Source: Candidatus Marinacidobacterales bacterium | Lineage (GTDB): Bacteria > Acidobacteriota > Vicinamibacteria > Marinacidobacterales > SMYC01 | Reading direction: 5' to 3' | NCBI GenBank assembly: GCA_965237955.1 | Contig: OZ250169.1 | Location: 544,001 to 608,000 of the forward strand | DNA: 64,000 nucleotides | Shown here: in pieces, positions 11,183 through 21,933 of the stretch | Numbering within the stretch: position 1 is the first letter of the stretch | Layout: each line of letters starts with the position of its first letter | Made by a program: the position numbers and the translations under genes | The notes under the pieces: generated by a model | What the model was told of the DNA's origin: nothing | Seen by the model: only the letters and a program-made list of their open reading frames with translations | The model's database searches: none

Positions 11183-11752
11183 CCTTAATCGCAAATAAAT
11201 CTAAGACGCCAAGGCAAGTTCGAGATCTTCAAATAGCCGCTGAGTGTCCGAGTTTCTGGACATTCGGAGGACGTTGCGGCCCCCGATACGAACGAGTCGT
11301 CCCGCTTTGGAAATAATGAGAAACCGCAACGTTCTCACGCTGTGTAGAACGTACATGTAGGTCCGTTTTGGTGAGGGCGGCTTGTTCTCGGCGATAGTAT
11401 CCAGTTGAAATCCTCGACAGAGATTGTGAGCGAGGATGTTCAATTGCTGCCAAGCGTTGTTGGCGGCATAGTCGTTGGTGGGTACGACGTCGAGTGCGAA
11501 CTGACCGCGCAGCTCGGCGAGCGTTTTTTCTTGCGCGCCGCGTCCAGCGGCGAACGCCCACAGATTTTTCGGTGTGAGCGATTTGTTGGTGGCGACGGCG
11601 GAGTACTCGAAATAGCCGTCATCGGGAGAAAAAAGGTCCAGCTGGAAATTCTTCGCGGTTTTGTGCCAAACACGTTTGCGGTAGATCACGATCCGTAGCG
11701 TGATATTCCAGGGCTCGATGTGGTGTTGGATTGCGAAAGCGTCGATTCCCTC
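11183..11752 (-). mobile_element. IS1380-family transposase C-terminal fragment with its end
   Basis: YSAVATN...GRGAQEKTLAELR...AANNAW...LAHNL...LRFLIISKAGRL; end ATTTATTTGCGATTAAGG just after the stop. Confidence 0.8.
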
Positions 11753-12019
11753 GCGGCGGGGTGGGTCGAAGCCCTTGGCGGCGAGGTCCTGCCAGCTCTC
11801 TTCCTCCAGAATTCGGCGGTCGATTTCGTAGTCCCAGAACACGTCGAGGGTCTGGCCTTGGGCGTCGTCGTCCGCACAGGCCAGTCGGACCAGCGGTGAC
11901 TGGCCGCCGGCGGCGGACTCGACCACTTCCTCGACGAGCCATCGCCTGGAGCGAACCTGAACCAGTTCGCCGACCAAGGGTGGTCGTTCGGGCAGCCGAG
12001 CTGCAATCGAACTACTCAC
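11753..12019 (-). pseudogene. N-terminal fragment of a DISARM DrmD-like SNF2 helicase
   Basis: GELVQVRSRRWLVEEV...VRLACADDDAQGQTLDVFWDYE...GFDPP resembles DrmD N-termini (recall, not a search); fused in frame to the IS1380 remnant. Confidence 0.55.
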
Positions 12020-12592
12020 AGGGGCACTCTCCAGTTAAAGGTCGTAACAGGCGATCGTCGCCTGTTACGCCTGGACCCGGCTCGACGGACACGACGCGGC
12101 GCCTATCCACTCGTTGACCTACCTCCAGTTCCCACACCATGCTCCCAATGCCGAGGCAAGTGAGACGAACATTCCAGCAAGGATGGCAAGCTGATCTAAT
12201 GCGGTGAGGCGCCACAGCACGAGCCCCGTCGCAACGGCCGGGAACAAGATCAAGGTCGCTACCGAATACACTATAGCAAGCCACCGGCTCATCGTCGTAA
12301 CCCACGGAAGGAGCGCGGGGTCAAACGATCTTTTCGGACCGGAGATTAGCAGGTACAGCGACGCGCTGAGGCGATTCGCGCGATGGGCGAGTCAGCGCCC
12401 AGACCAACGCCAAACGCCGAATTCTGCCTTACAGTCTCTGTTCCCTACAACCGCGACCTCTATCGACACTGGACAGACGCGGACGGATTTGAGAGCCAGA
12501 CCCATCAGTGTGACGATTCTCAGATACGAAGACCTATTCTAAAAACATGGTACAAATACCTTTACTTGTATTTTTAAGGCTCGCTTTCCCTT

Positions 12593-14093
12593 ATGTTATA
12601 CTCACGGCAGTGTGACATGCTTGACACCTTCGTTCAGCCAGAGGAGCTAATCACCTCCTCTCAAGCAGCCCAGCGGTTGATTTCCGCCGGGAAAAGCCCC
12701 TCGGCCGCCCGACAGCATATCGCCCGTGCGGCGCGCAAGCTTGACGTCTGGCGCTCCTCAGGACTGCAGTTGCCACACCGCGCGCGCTTGTTTGCGCATC
12801 GTTCCTCAGTTGGAACCCCAAAGTTCCTGCGGGACGTTGAAACTATTCTGAGCACGCAGAGGCCAGGCCTCTCCCGCTGTCTTGTCGCCCTCAGACAGCA
12901 TCAAACCGTTCTCAAGCCAGAAGCCGAGCGCCTGCTCGCAGTTCGAGGTGAAGCGGAGTACCTCCGCGAGAAGAAGGCTCTGGAGGATCTCGGAATCGTA
13001 ACAGGTCTTGACGAAGGCACCATGCTGGAGCGGCTTGCTTTGCCCTTCTCGGGCGGCACAGGAAGGATGGCCTGCGCACGTTATTCAACGGCTGGTTAGA
13101 GACGCGCAGATCGCACGCATTGTCGTGGAGCACCTTCGCCGGCAGTCTCTCGTGAGCTGGGGCGGCAATAACTTTTCCGAGGGTCCGCTTCGCCCGGCGA
13201 GGTTCAGTGGTTATCCCTTCACGGCTTTCGGCTGGTCCTGGTTGTCGCCGCTCGTCACGTGGAAGGGTAAGAAGGCATCACCCATGCCCGTTCTCCTAGA
13301 CATGTTCGGCACGGACTGTAACGTGTTCGATGTCGAGAGCCACAGGGCACGGCTGGCGAGAGTGAAAGGGATAACGCATCGAACTCGGCCGTTGCTTGGG
13401 GTGATTGCCGCCTCCCGGTTTACGAAGGAAGCTCATCACGCCGCCCGAAGCGCGGGTCTGATGGTGATCAACCTGAAGGATGTCTTTGGAGACGCCGCAC
13501 TCGAGCTGATGACTCAGGTGGCCGCTCTTCTCAGTCAGGTTCCAGATGTCGCCAACGGCGACGAAGACCAATTCGCAGATGTTGAGAACATCACGACTAC
13601 CCTTGACCGCCTCAAGGATCATCCATTCGTGACCGACTTGAGATCGTTGGGGCTTGAAACGCTGTCTGCCCTGATTGCTCGGGGCGACGGTTGGGAGGAT
13701 GTCAAAGTTGGCATCAGCGTTCCCTTCAAGAAGGTGACGACCCGCGAAGTCGATGTATCGGGTCTCACTCATGGCGGACACCGTGCTCTCGTCGTTGAAT
13801 GCAAGGCGCATCATGCTGACCGGCCGGTCGCTCCCGGGGATGTGGAGAAATTCTTTAAGGAAACGGTCCCCGCATTCTTGCGCTACCATCAAGAGTGGCA
13901 CATTGAAGAATGCGTGGCCGAGATTTGGACCACAGGGCTGATCGATCCTGCCTCCCGCGCTGCTCTTGAGAAGATTTCACTGGATCGGCGCGTGACGCCT
14001 TCGCTGGTCGATCGAGCAGGGCTCGAGTCGAAGATTCCTCTCGTGCTGAATCCATGTCGCAGACTGCTACGGACCATAGCACTGGCGCACTGA
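12593..14093 (+). pseudogene. Frameshifted protein of about 500 aa with C-terminal restriction-endonuclease-like PD-(D/E)xK domain
   Basis: ORFs 12593-13099 and 13008-14093 join by one frameshift near 13085; REVDVSG...LVVECKA nuclease motif. Confidence 0.65.
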
Positions 14094-14990
14094 CGCACGA
14101 ACTGGAGCGACCAGCAAAATATCGCACTGTTTGGGTGCCTGCGGCTTAGGGAATAACGCTGAACTGGCGGAAACGGCGGATGTGAGGGCACGATGAAGAA
14201 CACCGCTCAAACCGAAAAACATGACCTGTGCATCATCAATATCCGTCCGCTCCTGAAATCAAGGACTTACGCACCGTTCACGCCTCGGCCAACGAGCGCA
14301 TCTCCCGCTTGAGATCCCGGTCTTGAGACGGCAAACTCTGCCGCCATGCTCCGTGTCCTCATCTTCCTCGTCTCACTCGGCGCCCGTGCGATCCGGGCGA
14401 TGTGTCGGCGCCGAGCCGACCTCGTGATTGAAAACCTGGCCCTGCGGCAGCAAGTTACGGCGTTGAAGAAGGAGCGCCCCCGGCCACCGCTCGAGGACAC
14501 GGACCGAGCATTCTGGGTTGCGCTCCGAAGCTCGTGGCCAGCGTGGGCGAGCCGGCTCGTTATCGTGAACGCCGACACGGTCGCCCGGTGGAATCGAGAT
14601 CGGTTCCGCCGATACTGGGCTCGGATCTCCCGTCCGCGCTATCCAGGTCGACCTCGGATTGATGCCGAGATTCGTCGTCTCGTCCGCACGATGGCCCAAG
14701 ACGGCTGGGGTGCACCTCGTATCCACGCTGAGCTGACGAAGCTCGGATTCGTTGTCAGCGAGATGACGGTGTCGCGATACATGCCGCACCGCCGAGCCGA
14801 ACCCGACGAAGTGAAGCGATGGATTGCGTTCTTGCGGAACCACAAGGACGACATCGCCGCGATGGATCTGTTCGCCGTACCGACGGCGTCGCTACGGCTG
14901 CTGTACGGCTTCTTCGTCATCGAGCACGGCCGTCGCCATATCTTGCACTTCAACGCGACGTACAACCCCACGTCAGCGTGGGTGATTCAA

Positions 14991-16924
14991 GCGTGCCGGG
15001 CATGTTCAACAGCTCAGGGGTGAAAGTCCCCCGCACAACCTGATGGAGGTGAAGTGCTAGCGAAGCGCAAGGGCGCATCCCGCGAGGGGTGGTCTGAAGG
15101 AAGCGTGGAGCAAAGTTGCGACCTGACGAACAGGAATCGGATACCAGGCGATACAGGGTGGACGAGCTGCCTTGAGACAGCGAAGTCCATATCCATCAAG
15201 ACCCTGTGTTGTAGATCCGGCGGGTGTGCAGCGAAGGCGGTTGAGCTTACCCCGGGAGATCTGTGTCGTTGTCCTACGGGACTGAGGCGCGTCGTAAGGC
15301 GGCCCGATCGCGGCACAGAAGTCAGCAGAGGGCATAGTAGCAGCGAAGAAGCTGGCGGCGGACGTATCCCGTCCGTGTGTCGCGGAAGGTTCGCGCTGCG
15401 AAGGCCCAAACGGCCCCCACAAGGGGTTAATGGAGAGGCAATTAGGAGATGTGACTCATGAGCACACGGCGGCAGAAAACCCAGCTCGAGCTGGCCTTCC
15501 CCATGCGTAGCACCGGTGAACCCGAGTGTCGTGCGGACGAAGGGTCCGAAGTGCCTGTGGCGGAGCATCGTACCGAAAGCCTGGCGATGTCAGAACAACT
15601 GATGGAGGAGATACTTGAGCGTGAAAATCTGAAGAAAGCATTGAAACGAGTTCAGGCCAACAAGGGAGCACCTGGCATCGATGGCGTTACGGTCGATGAA
15701 CTACTGGACTACCTTCGCAAGCACTGGCCCACCATGCGGGTACAACTGCTGGAGGGGACCTACAAACCGCAACCGGTGAAACGGGTGGAGATACCCAAGC
15801 CGAACGGCGGGACCCGCAATCTGGGTATCCCGACGTCCGTCGATAGGTGGCTCCAACAAGCGGTATTGCAGGTACTCCAACGTCAGTGGGACCCAACGTT
15901 CTCCGAGCACAGCTACGGCTTTCGGCCTGGCCGCTCGGCCCACCAAGCCATTGCCCAAGCGCAGCGTTACGTGCGCGAAGGATTCACGGTTGTCGTAGAT
16001 CTTGATCTGGAGAAGTTCTTCGATCTCGTTGCACACGACCGTCTTATGGCGCGGGTGGCCGAACGGGTAACCGACAAGCGGGCGCTCAAACTTATCCGTG
16101 CCTTTCTTGAGGCCGGCGTGGTTATGGCGGACGGCCTGGTGAGCCCGACGGAGATGGGCACCCCCCAAGGGGGCCCCCTCTCACCCCTGCTAAGTAACCT
16201 GGTCCTCGATGAGCTCGACCAAGAGCTTCAACGGCGTGGCCATAGGTTCTGTCGTTATGCGGACGATGTGAATATCTACGTCCGCAGCGTTCGAGCCGGC
16301 CAGCGTGTGATGGAAAGCATCAGTCGATTCATCACGCACCGTCTCAAGCTCCGCGTCAACGCGTCGAAGAGCAAGGTTGCACCTGCATGGGAATGCGAGT
16401 TTCTCGGATTTAGCATCAGCCAAGGTTCGGAGCGGAAACGCCGCATCGGGCCAAAGGCGCTTCACCGGTTTAAGGACCGGATCCGAGAGCTCACGCGTCG
16501 ATCGCGTGGCGTCAGTATCCAACGGGTCGTCTTCGACCTGACCCGCTACCTACGGGGGTGGATTGGCTACTTTGGCTTCACTGACGCTCGCTACGTGCTG
16601 CGAGACCTGGACTCTTGGATCCGTCGGCGGCTGCGATGCTTCATCTGGAAACAGTGGAAGACCTTTCGCAGACGACGCCGGGGCCTCATGGAACGAGGCA
16701 TCGCGGAGGCACCCGCTTCGCAGACCGCCGCCCGCTCACGCGGTTGCTGGTCAACGAGCAGAGTACCGCCATTACGTCGAGCGTTCCCCAATGCCTACTT
16801 CGACTCGCTTGGACTCTTTCGTCTGTTTGTCCGACCCGCTTAACCGGCCGAACCGCCTTGGTACGGACCCGTATGCCAGGTGGTGTGGGAGGGCGGAGGC
16901 CGTGAGGCCTCCCCCTATCCCGAT
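14991..16924 (+). mobile_element. Group II intron, bacterial class C (IIC), 1934 nt
   Basis: Boundaries fixed by the intron-less allele (GATTCAA|CAACTGCGC, about 23356-23372 on the minus strand). 5' GCGTGCCGGGCATG..GGTGAAAGTCC; domain V GAACCGCC...GGTGGTGTG with CGC triad; 3' CCTATCCCGAT. Confidence 0.92.
15458..16843 (+). CDS. ltrA: Group II intron reverse transcriptase/maturase, no endonuclease domain
   Basis: GAPGIDG, RNLGIP, SYGFRPGRS, DLEKFFD, GTPQGGPLSPLL, RYADD, then maturase domain. Confidence 0.95.
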   Translation: MSTRRQKTQLELAFPMRSTGEPECRADEGSEVPVAEHRTESLAMSEQLMEEILERENLKKALKRVQANKGAPGIDGVTVDELLDYLRKHWPTMRVQLLEGTYKPQPVKRVEIPKPNGGTRNLGIPTSVDRWLQQAVLQVLQRQWDPTFSEHSYGFRPGRSAHQAIAQAQRYVREGFTVVVDLDLEKFFDLVAHDRLMARVAERVTDKRALKLIRAFLEAGVVMADGLVSPTEMGTPQGGPLSPLLSNLVLDELDQELQRRGHRFCRYADDVNIYVRSVRAGQRVMESISRFITHRLKLRVNASKSKVAPAWECEFLGFSISQGSERKRRIGPKALHRFKDRIRELTRRSRGVSIQRVVFDLTRYLRGWIGYFGFTDARYVLRDLDSWIRRRLRCFIWKQWKTFRRRRRGLMERGIAEAPASQTAARSRGCWSTSRVPPLRRAFPNAYFDSLGLFRLFVRPA

Positions 16925-17591
16925 CAACTGCGCGAGGCGTTCCCATACGACACGGCACCACGATACTTGCTCTTTGACCGCGACGCGATTTTCAGCCCTG
17001 CAGTGGTGGAGTTCATCAGGGCCATGGGCACAAAGCCTGTTCGCATTTCTTATCGCAGCCCTTGGCAAAACGGTACCGCCGAACGCTGGATCGGAAACTG
17101 CCGCCGCGAGATGTTAGAGCATGTAGTTGTCCTCAGTGAGCGGCATCTCGTCCGGCTCATGCGCTTGTACATCAGCTACTACCACGAGGACCATTGCCAC
17201 TTGGGTCTCGACAAAGACACCCCGAACTCAAGACCCGTCACGCCCCGACCATCACCGACCGCAAAAGTCGTCGCGTTGCCGCGAGTGGGTGGGCTCCACC
17301 ACCGCTACGAATGGCGCGACGCCGCCTGAGCCAGTTTAGTCGCTGCGCGTCGATTGCTGGGGTCCCTCGCGATTGCGTTGTCCAGCTCCGCGGCCCATTG
17401 ATCGCGTGATCTCGGCAAGTGCCCGCGTGCGCCGACCCGGGTTTCTTCGTTCGTCGTAGGGCCACCAGCGGTACCATTCCCGCTGGATCAATAATGATGA
17501 AGGACACGTCCGAGCCGCCCCGTGGGTTTCCTATCGTCGTGGCATTGACCTCGGCTGGCGGCCCATCGAATCCTGCCTTCCGCGCAGATCC

Positions 17592-17649
17592 GATCATCGA
17601 CCCTACACAGGCCGACGTCGAGCTCGACGTACTATTTGCACCATACGGG
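17592..17649 (+). repeat. Solo rve-type end, family F (inverted copy at 60830-60887)
   Basis: ...GAGCTCGA(C/T)GTACTATTTGCACCATACGGG shared by both copies. Confidence 0.75.
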
Positions 17650-17672
17650 TTCCGTCTATACTGGAGTGAGCC

Positions 17673-17915
17673 ATGACGCTCCTAAGACGTCTCGCCATCC
17701 GCGCTGCGCGAGAACTGGCACGTCGTCCGAAGGTACGAGCTAGAGCCAAAGAGACATTAACCAACGCCACACGTGTGTTTAACGAGGAGGTCAAACCCCG
17801 CACCAAGGAAGCTTGGCGGGACGCACAGCCGAGCATCGAGCACGCCAAGGCCAGACTCAAGCGGTTTGCCCAGAATCTGCGGGACGAGCACCGCAAGGGA
17901 CGCGACGGCGAATAG
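17673..17915 (+). CDS. Small basic hypothetical protein (80 aa) filling a 273-bp gap between two element ends
   Basis: GGAG RBS and ATG; starts 23 bp after the F end and stops 7 bp before the A end at 17923. Confidence 0.6.
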   Translation: MTLLRRLAIRAARELARRPKVRARAKETLTNATRVFNEEVKPRTKEAWRDAQPSIEHAKARLKRFAQNLRDEHRKGRDGE

Positions 17916-17958
17916 ACGTTATCCCGTCCTGTGCCAAAACTCGGCCCTTTTGAAATAG

Positions 17959-18210
17959 TGAACCGCTCCGGGTTTTCCGGAGACTCGAACTCTTGAGAGG
18001 ATGGGGTCATGGAAAGACGAAGCAAGTATTCGCCGGAGGTTAAGGAACGCGCGGTGCGGATGGTTTTTGACCAACAGCATCAGCACGAATCGCAGTGGTC
18101 GGCGCTCTCATCGATTGCGGAGAAGATTGGCTGTACGTCCGAGACGCTGCGCAAGTGGTTGCGACAGGCAGAGCGTGACACGGGCCAACGTGCGGGCCTG
18201 ACGACGGAGG
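17959..18210 (+). mobile_element. IS3-family left end plus orfA fragment
   Basis: TGAACCGCTCCGGGTTTTCCGGAG; MERRSKYSPEVKERAVRMV; matches the right end at 54388-54411. Confidence 0.85.
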
Positions 18211-18442
18211 AACCGTATCGCCCTCATACGGGCCTCCCTTCGAAAGACCAAGACGGCCCCCAAGACGTCGAAGGCAACGGATGCGTGAGCACAATCCCGG
18301 AAAGCGCACCATCGGCTGTGATGGAACCTTGCTCGTCGAAACGACGCACGAGAATGGCCAGAAATTTCAGGGATGCCGCACTGCCCGGTTGGTGGGAGCC
18401 TTTCTCTGAGTTGATGCAGTGCGGCATCCCCGTCGCCACCAA

Positions 18443-18958
18443 TCAGAGGGAATCGGGGTTTCGGTTTTGGTGGCGTTCGAGTCTTTCTTTCATGTGCTGC
18501 CGGCGCTCTTCCATCTTGGCTTTGCGCTCGGCTTTCAACTGGGCGAGCTTTTGCCGTTGCTCGTCCGTCAAAACGCTCTCGATCTTCTGCTGCAGTTGCT
18601 TCCGTTCAATGGCGGCCGCTGCCTCGGCTTCACCGAGTTGATAGGCGAGATTCTGGATCTCTCCGTCGTCCGCAAGGATTTCGACGGCATCATTGAGCGC
18701 TTTGCGGCGCTCCGCGACACGCTTCATGTTTCCGGTCGCGCGCACCTCCTCGAAGAGCGCACGCACATCGCCACGCTGTGCCTCCGAGAGGTCGAGCTCC
18801 CTTAGCGCTCGCATGTCGCCGCCCCGGCCTCCGTGGCCCCGACGACCAAGACTGCGACCTTCGCCCGACTGCGCCAGGCCCAGGCAGGGCAGCGCGAACA
18901 GGCTTCCGACGAGAGCGATCCAGACTAACTTCTGACTAACGTTTTTCTTTTGCATCAT
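18443..18958 (-). CDS. Spy/CpxP-family periplasmic chaperone
   Basis: Signal peptide, Gly-rich linker, LSEAQ and LTDEQ (LTxxQ) motifs; divergent from a two-component pair. Confidence 0.8.
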   Translation of the reverse strand: MMQKKNVSQKLVWIALVGSLFALPCLGLAQSGEGRSLGRRGHGGRGGDMRALRELDLSEAQRGDVRALFEEVRATGNMKRVAERRKALNDAVEILADDGEIQNLAYQLGEAEAAAAIERKQLQQKIESVLTDEQRQKLAQLKAERKAKMEERRQHMKERLERHQNRNPDSL

Positions 18959-19103
18959 CTTCCTTCTCTCCGGCTCCACACCCGGTCTTGTCACGGTTCA
19001 ATACTAGCGAATCGCGAGCTCCGAGTTATCAAGTCGGCGAAAAGGATTTGTTAAGGATGTAAAAGCTCGGGGGGCGGGCCCCAGGGCTGTTCTATAATGG
19101 GTC

Positions 19104-20837
19104 ATGGGAAGCTTCAAGGGGTGCAGGGCGTACATTCTACCCCTCGGCCTCCTCGTGCTTCTGGCTATTCTGGCTACGCTCCAGTACCGCTGGACGGGTC
19201 AGATCAGTGCCGCGGAGAGGGAGCGTGTACAGGCGAGTCTGCGGTCCTCGACGTTCCTGTTTTCGAGAGACGTCAACGAGCAGCTCATTGGCCTGTTCCG
19301 CGCTTTTCATGTGGAGAGCGATCGGGAGCTCGGCGCGAACTTGTTCGCGCGACTGGATCGATGGCGCACAGAGTCGAACTATCCCGATCTCGTACATCAC
19401 GTCTACGTCGTCCGCCCTGACGAGGGCGAGCCTAGCTTGCTCGAGCTCCAGGGAGATGAGCTTCGTTCGACGACGTGGCCGGACGAGCTCTCGCGACTGC
19501 GCGCTCAGGTGGAGCATGTCGAAGACCGCGACGCGGATGGGCCCAGGCGGCGCCTGGCTCACCTGCCGGTACTCCTGGACGAACCTCCGTGCCTCGGTTT
19601 TCCCATCGGGTCACCACGAGACGGCTGGCCTCGAACGGCTCCTCGTGGACACGTCCTCGTCCTGTTACGTGAAGACGTTCTGCGAGAGGACATTCTCCCC
19701 GAGCTCTGGGCCCGATACTTCGGTCCCGAGTTCGACGTCGTCGTCCTCAATCGGGACGACAAGGTGGTCTTCGCGTCATCTGAGGTCGAGGCGTCCACCT
19801 TGGTTGCTTCGGCAGACGCCGAAGCGCCGCTGTTCTCGCCTAGAAGCTACTTCGCGGACCTAGCTCCCGGAGAAGGCCCAGAGCCTCGGCGCCCGCGGGC
19901 GGGAGCGCGGGAGCGGCGGAGACCTTCTGCCGGATTTCGCGCGTCCTTTAGAGACGCCGGACGGGAGCTCATGGAAGGCCGATGGCGCCTGTTCGTCCGA
20001 CACCGAGCCGGCTCCCTCGATGCGGCAGTCGCAGCGGCACGTTACCGAAATCTAGCCGTGAGCTTTGCTGTCATGGGGCTCCTAGCGGCGAGCGTCGTGC
20101 TTGCCAGCATTTCTTCACGGAGGGCGACGGAGCTCACCGAGCGCAAGATGGAGTTCGTCGCTGGCGTGTCGCACGAGCTGCGAACGCCCGTCGCCGTCAT
20201 TCGCTCGGCGGGGCAGAACTTGGCAGATGGTTCCGTCTCCGAGCCGTCGCGGGTCGCGCACTATGGGAGCGTCATTGAGTCGGAGGGACGACGACTCGAA
20301 GATCTTCTCGAGCAAGTGCTGGAGCTTGCCGGAATCCAGTCGCTCAAGCGGCGGTACCAGTCGGGCTCCGTCTCCACTCGCGAGATCGTGAGCCAGGCGA
20401 TCTCGGACTGCCAAAGCGTCGCGCATGACAGGGGCGTCGAGGTGACCGTCGAAACGGGCGCGGCGGACTTGCACGTTCGAGGCGATCGGGAAGCTCTCAG
20501 GCGAGCGATCGCCAACCTGATGGGCAATGCGATCAAGCACGGCGGGCGAGCCGCCAGCGTGGAAGTGTACGTCTCGAGGCGACCGGAGCATCGCGTCGCG
20601 ATTCAGGTCGTGGACCACGGCCCCGGCATTCCGAGCCAGGAGCGCGAACATTTGTTCGAGGCCTTCTATCGGGGAAGCAGAGCTCAGGAGCACCAAGTTG
20701 CCGGGAGCGGCCTCGGTCTCAGTCTCGTCGATCACATCTTGCGCGAGCATGGTGGCACGATCGAAGTAGAATCGAGCCCTGGAGCGGGCGCGAGCTTCAC
20801 TCTCGTGCTGCCCGGCGCCACGGAGCATGCGACGTGA
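19104..20837 (+). CDS. Membrane sensor histidine kinase
   Basis: Two TM helices; VSHELRTP, NLMGNAIKH, DHGPGI, GSGLGL boxes. Confidence 0.95.
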   Translation: MGSFKGCRAYILPLGLLVLLAILATLQYRWTGQISAAERERVQASLRSSTFLFSRDVNEQLIGLFRAFHVESDRELGANLFARLDRWRTESNYPDLVHHVYVVRPDEGEPSLLELQGDELRSTTWPDELSRLRAQVEHVEDRDADGPRRRLAHLPVLLDEPPCLGFPIGSPRDGWPRTAPRGHVLVLLREDVLREDILPELWARYFGPEFDVVVLNRDDKVVFASSEVEASTLVASADAEAPLFSPRSYFADLAPGEGPEPRRPRAGARERRRPSAGFRASFRDAGRELMEGRWRLFVRHRAGSLDAAVAAARYRNLAVSFAVMGLLAASVVLASISSRRATELTERKMEFVAGVSHELRTPVAVIRSAGQNLADGSVSEPSRVAHYGSVIESEGRRLEDLLEQVLELAGIQSLKRRYQSGSVSTREIVSQAISDCQSVAHDRGVEVTVETGAADLHVRGDREALRRAIANLMGNAIKHGGRAASVEVYVSRRPEHRVAIQVVDHGPGIPSQEREHLFEAFYRGSRAQEHQVAGSGLGLSLVDHILREHGGTIEVESSPGAGASFTLVLPGATEHAT

Positions 20838-21526
20838 CGGCGGCTCGACGCGTCCTTCTCGTCGAGGACGAGCCCGGGCTCGTGATGACCTTGACGGATC
20901 GATTGAAGAGCGAAGGTTACCGGGTCGAAGCTGCGCGGGAAGGGGACGGGGCTCTCGAGATGGCGACGGCCGAGCCCTTCGATGTCATTCTGCTCGACGT
21001 CATGTTGCCGGGGAGAAGCGGCTTCGACGTTTGTCGTGAGCTCCGAGCCCGTGGTGTGGACACGCCGATTCTATTCCTCAGCGCACGAGGCGAGATCGCC
21101 GACAAAATCGTGGGACTGCAGCTCGGCGCGGACGACTATCTCACCAAACCGTTCGACATGATGGAGCTCGTGGCTCGTGTCGAGGCTCTTCTGCGGCGAA
21201 AACCGCTGCCTGAGAGATCCGGACCGGGTCGCTATAGCTTCGGCGATGTCGTCGTCGACTTTCGCAAGGCGGAAGTCGTTCGTGGGGGCGAGCCGGTCGA
21301 ATTGTCCGCCTTGGAGTTCAAGCTCCTTCGATACTTCATCGAAAATCGCGAGGCGACTCTGAGTCGGGACGAGCTGCTGAGTCGTGTTTGGGGCTACGAC
21401 CAGATGCCCTACTCGCGAACCGTGGACGTGCACGTGTCCGGACTCCGGCAGAAGATCGAGCCCAAGCCCTCCAGTCCAGAGTACATCGTGACGGTCCATC
21501 GACTCGGATACAAGTTTCTGGGCTAA
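20834..21526 (+). CDS. OmpR-family response regulator
   Basis: LLVEDE, LLDVMLPG, GADDYLTKPF, SRTVDVHV; 4-bp overlap with the kinase. Confidence 0.95.
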   Translation: MTAARRVLLVEDEPGLVMTLTDRLKSEGYRVEAAREGDGALEMATAEPFDVILLDVMLPGRSGFDVCRELRARGVDTPILFLSARGEIADKIVGLQLGADDYLTKPFDMMELVARVEALLRRKPLPERSGPGRYSFGDVVVDFRKAEVVRGGEPVELSALEFKLLRYFIENREATLSRDELLSRVWGYDQMPYSRTVDVHVSGLRQKIEPKPSSPEYIVTVHRLGYKFLG

Positions 21527-21933
21527 CCCTAGGCATCGCCGCCAATCAGGGGCGATGGATGACTCTCCAGATCCCGGCCTGTGCCAAAACTCGGCCCTTT
21601 CGAAATAGACGATAAATCAGCAGCTTAGTGTTTGTGTTTGCGACCGGGCCAAGGGCCGTAGGCTTTACAATCGTCTGGAGTTGTTCTCAGATTGTGCGGT
21701 CGCGGCACTGGTACGAAGCCCATCGGCCTGAAGCCCATCAACGACGGCGAGAAGCCTACGCGAAGGAGGTCAAGGCGAAGTGAAGTATCCGCGGGCGAAG
21801 ATCACCACACGCCCGCAGCACCCGCGAGGGCGATGAGCTGAAGTGGGCGACCGGACGTCTTATGTGCTCGCTAGATTTAGGATTCTTGGGAGTCGTGTCG
21901 CCCGCAGGTTTCGAGACATCGAGCGCCTAAAAG

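Larger units (their letters stand above)
14227..17506 (+). mobile_element. rve/DDE transposon family B, copy 1, interrupted by a group II intron
   Basis: Ends TGTGCATCATCAATAT / TGTCCTTCATCATTAT. 3280 bp minus the 1934-bp intron gives 1346 bp, the length of copy 2. Transposase exons 14346-14990 and 16925-17329. Confidence 0.9.

Noticed and set aside
11201-12019. 272-aa helicase-transposase fusion protein
   Set aside because: An in-frame junction of two fragments, each lacking its catalytic core.
15458-16843. Retron, DGR or defence-associated reverse transcriptase
   Set aside because: It has a maturase domain, flanking intron RNA domains and exact exon junctions, so it is a group II intron protein.
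19035-19070. CpxR box between the Spy/CpxP gene and the kinase
   Set aside because: GTTAA-N4-GTAAA has the wrong spacing for GTAAA-N5-GTAAA; too weak to call.
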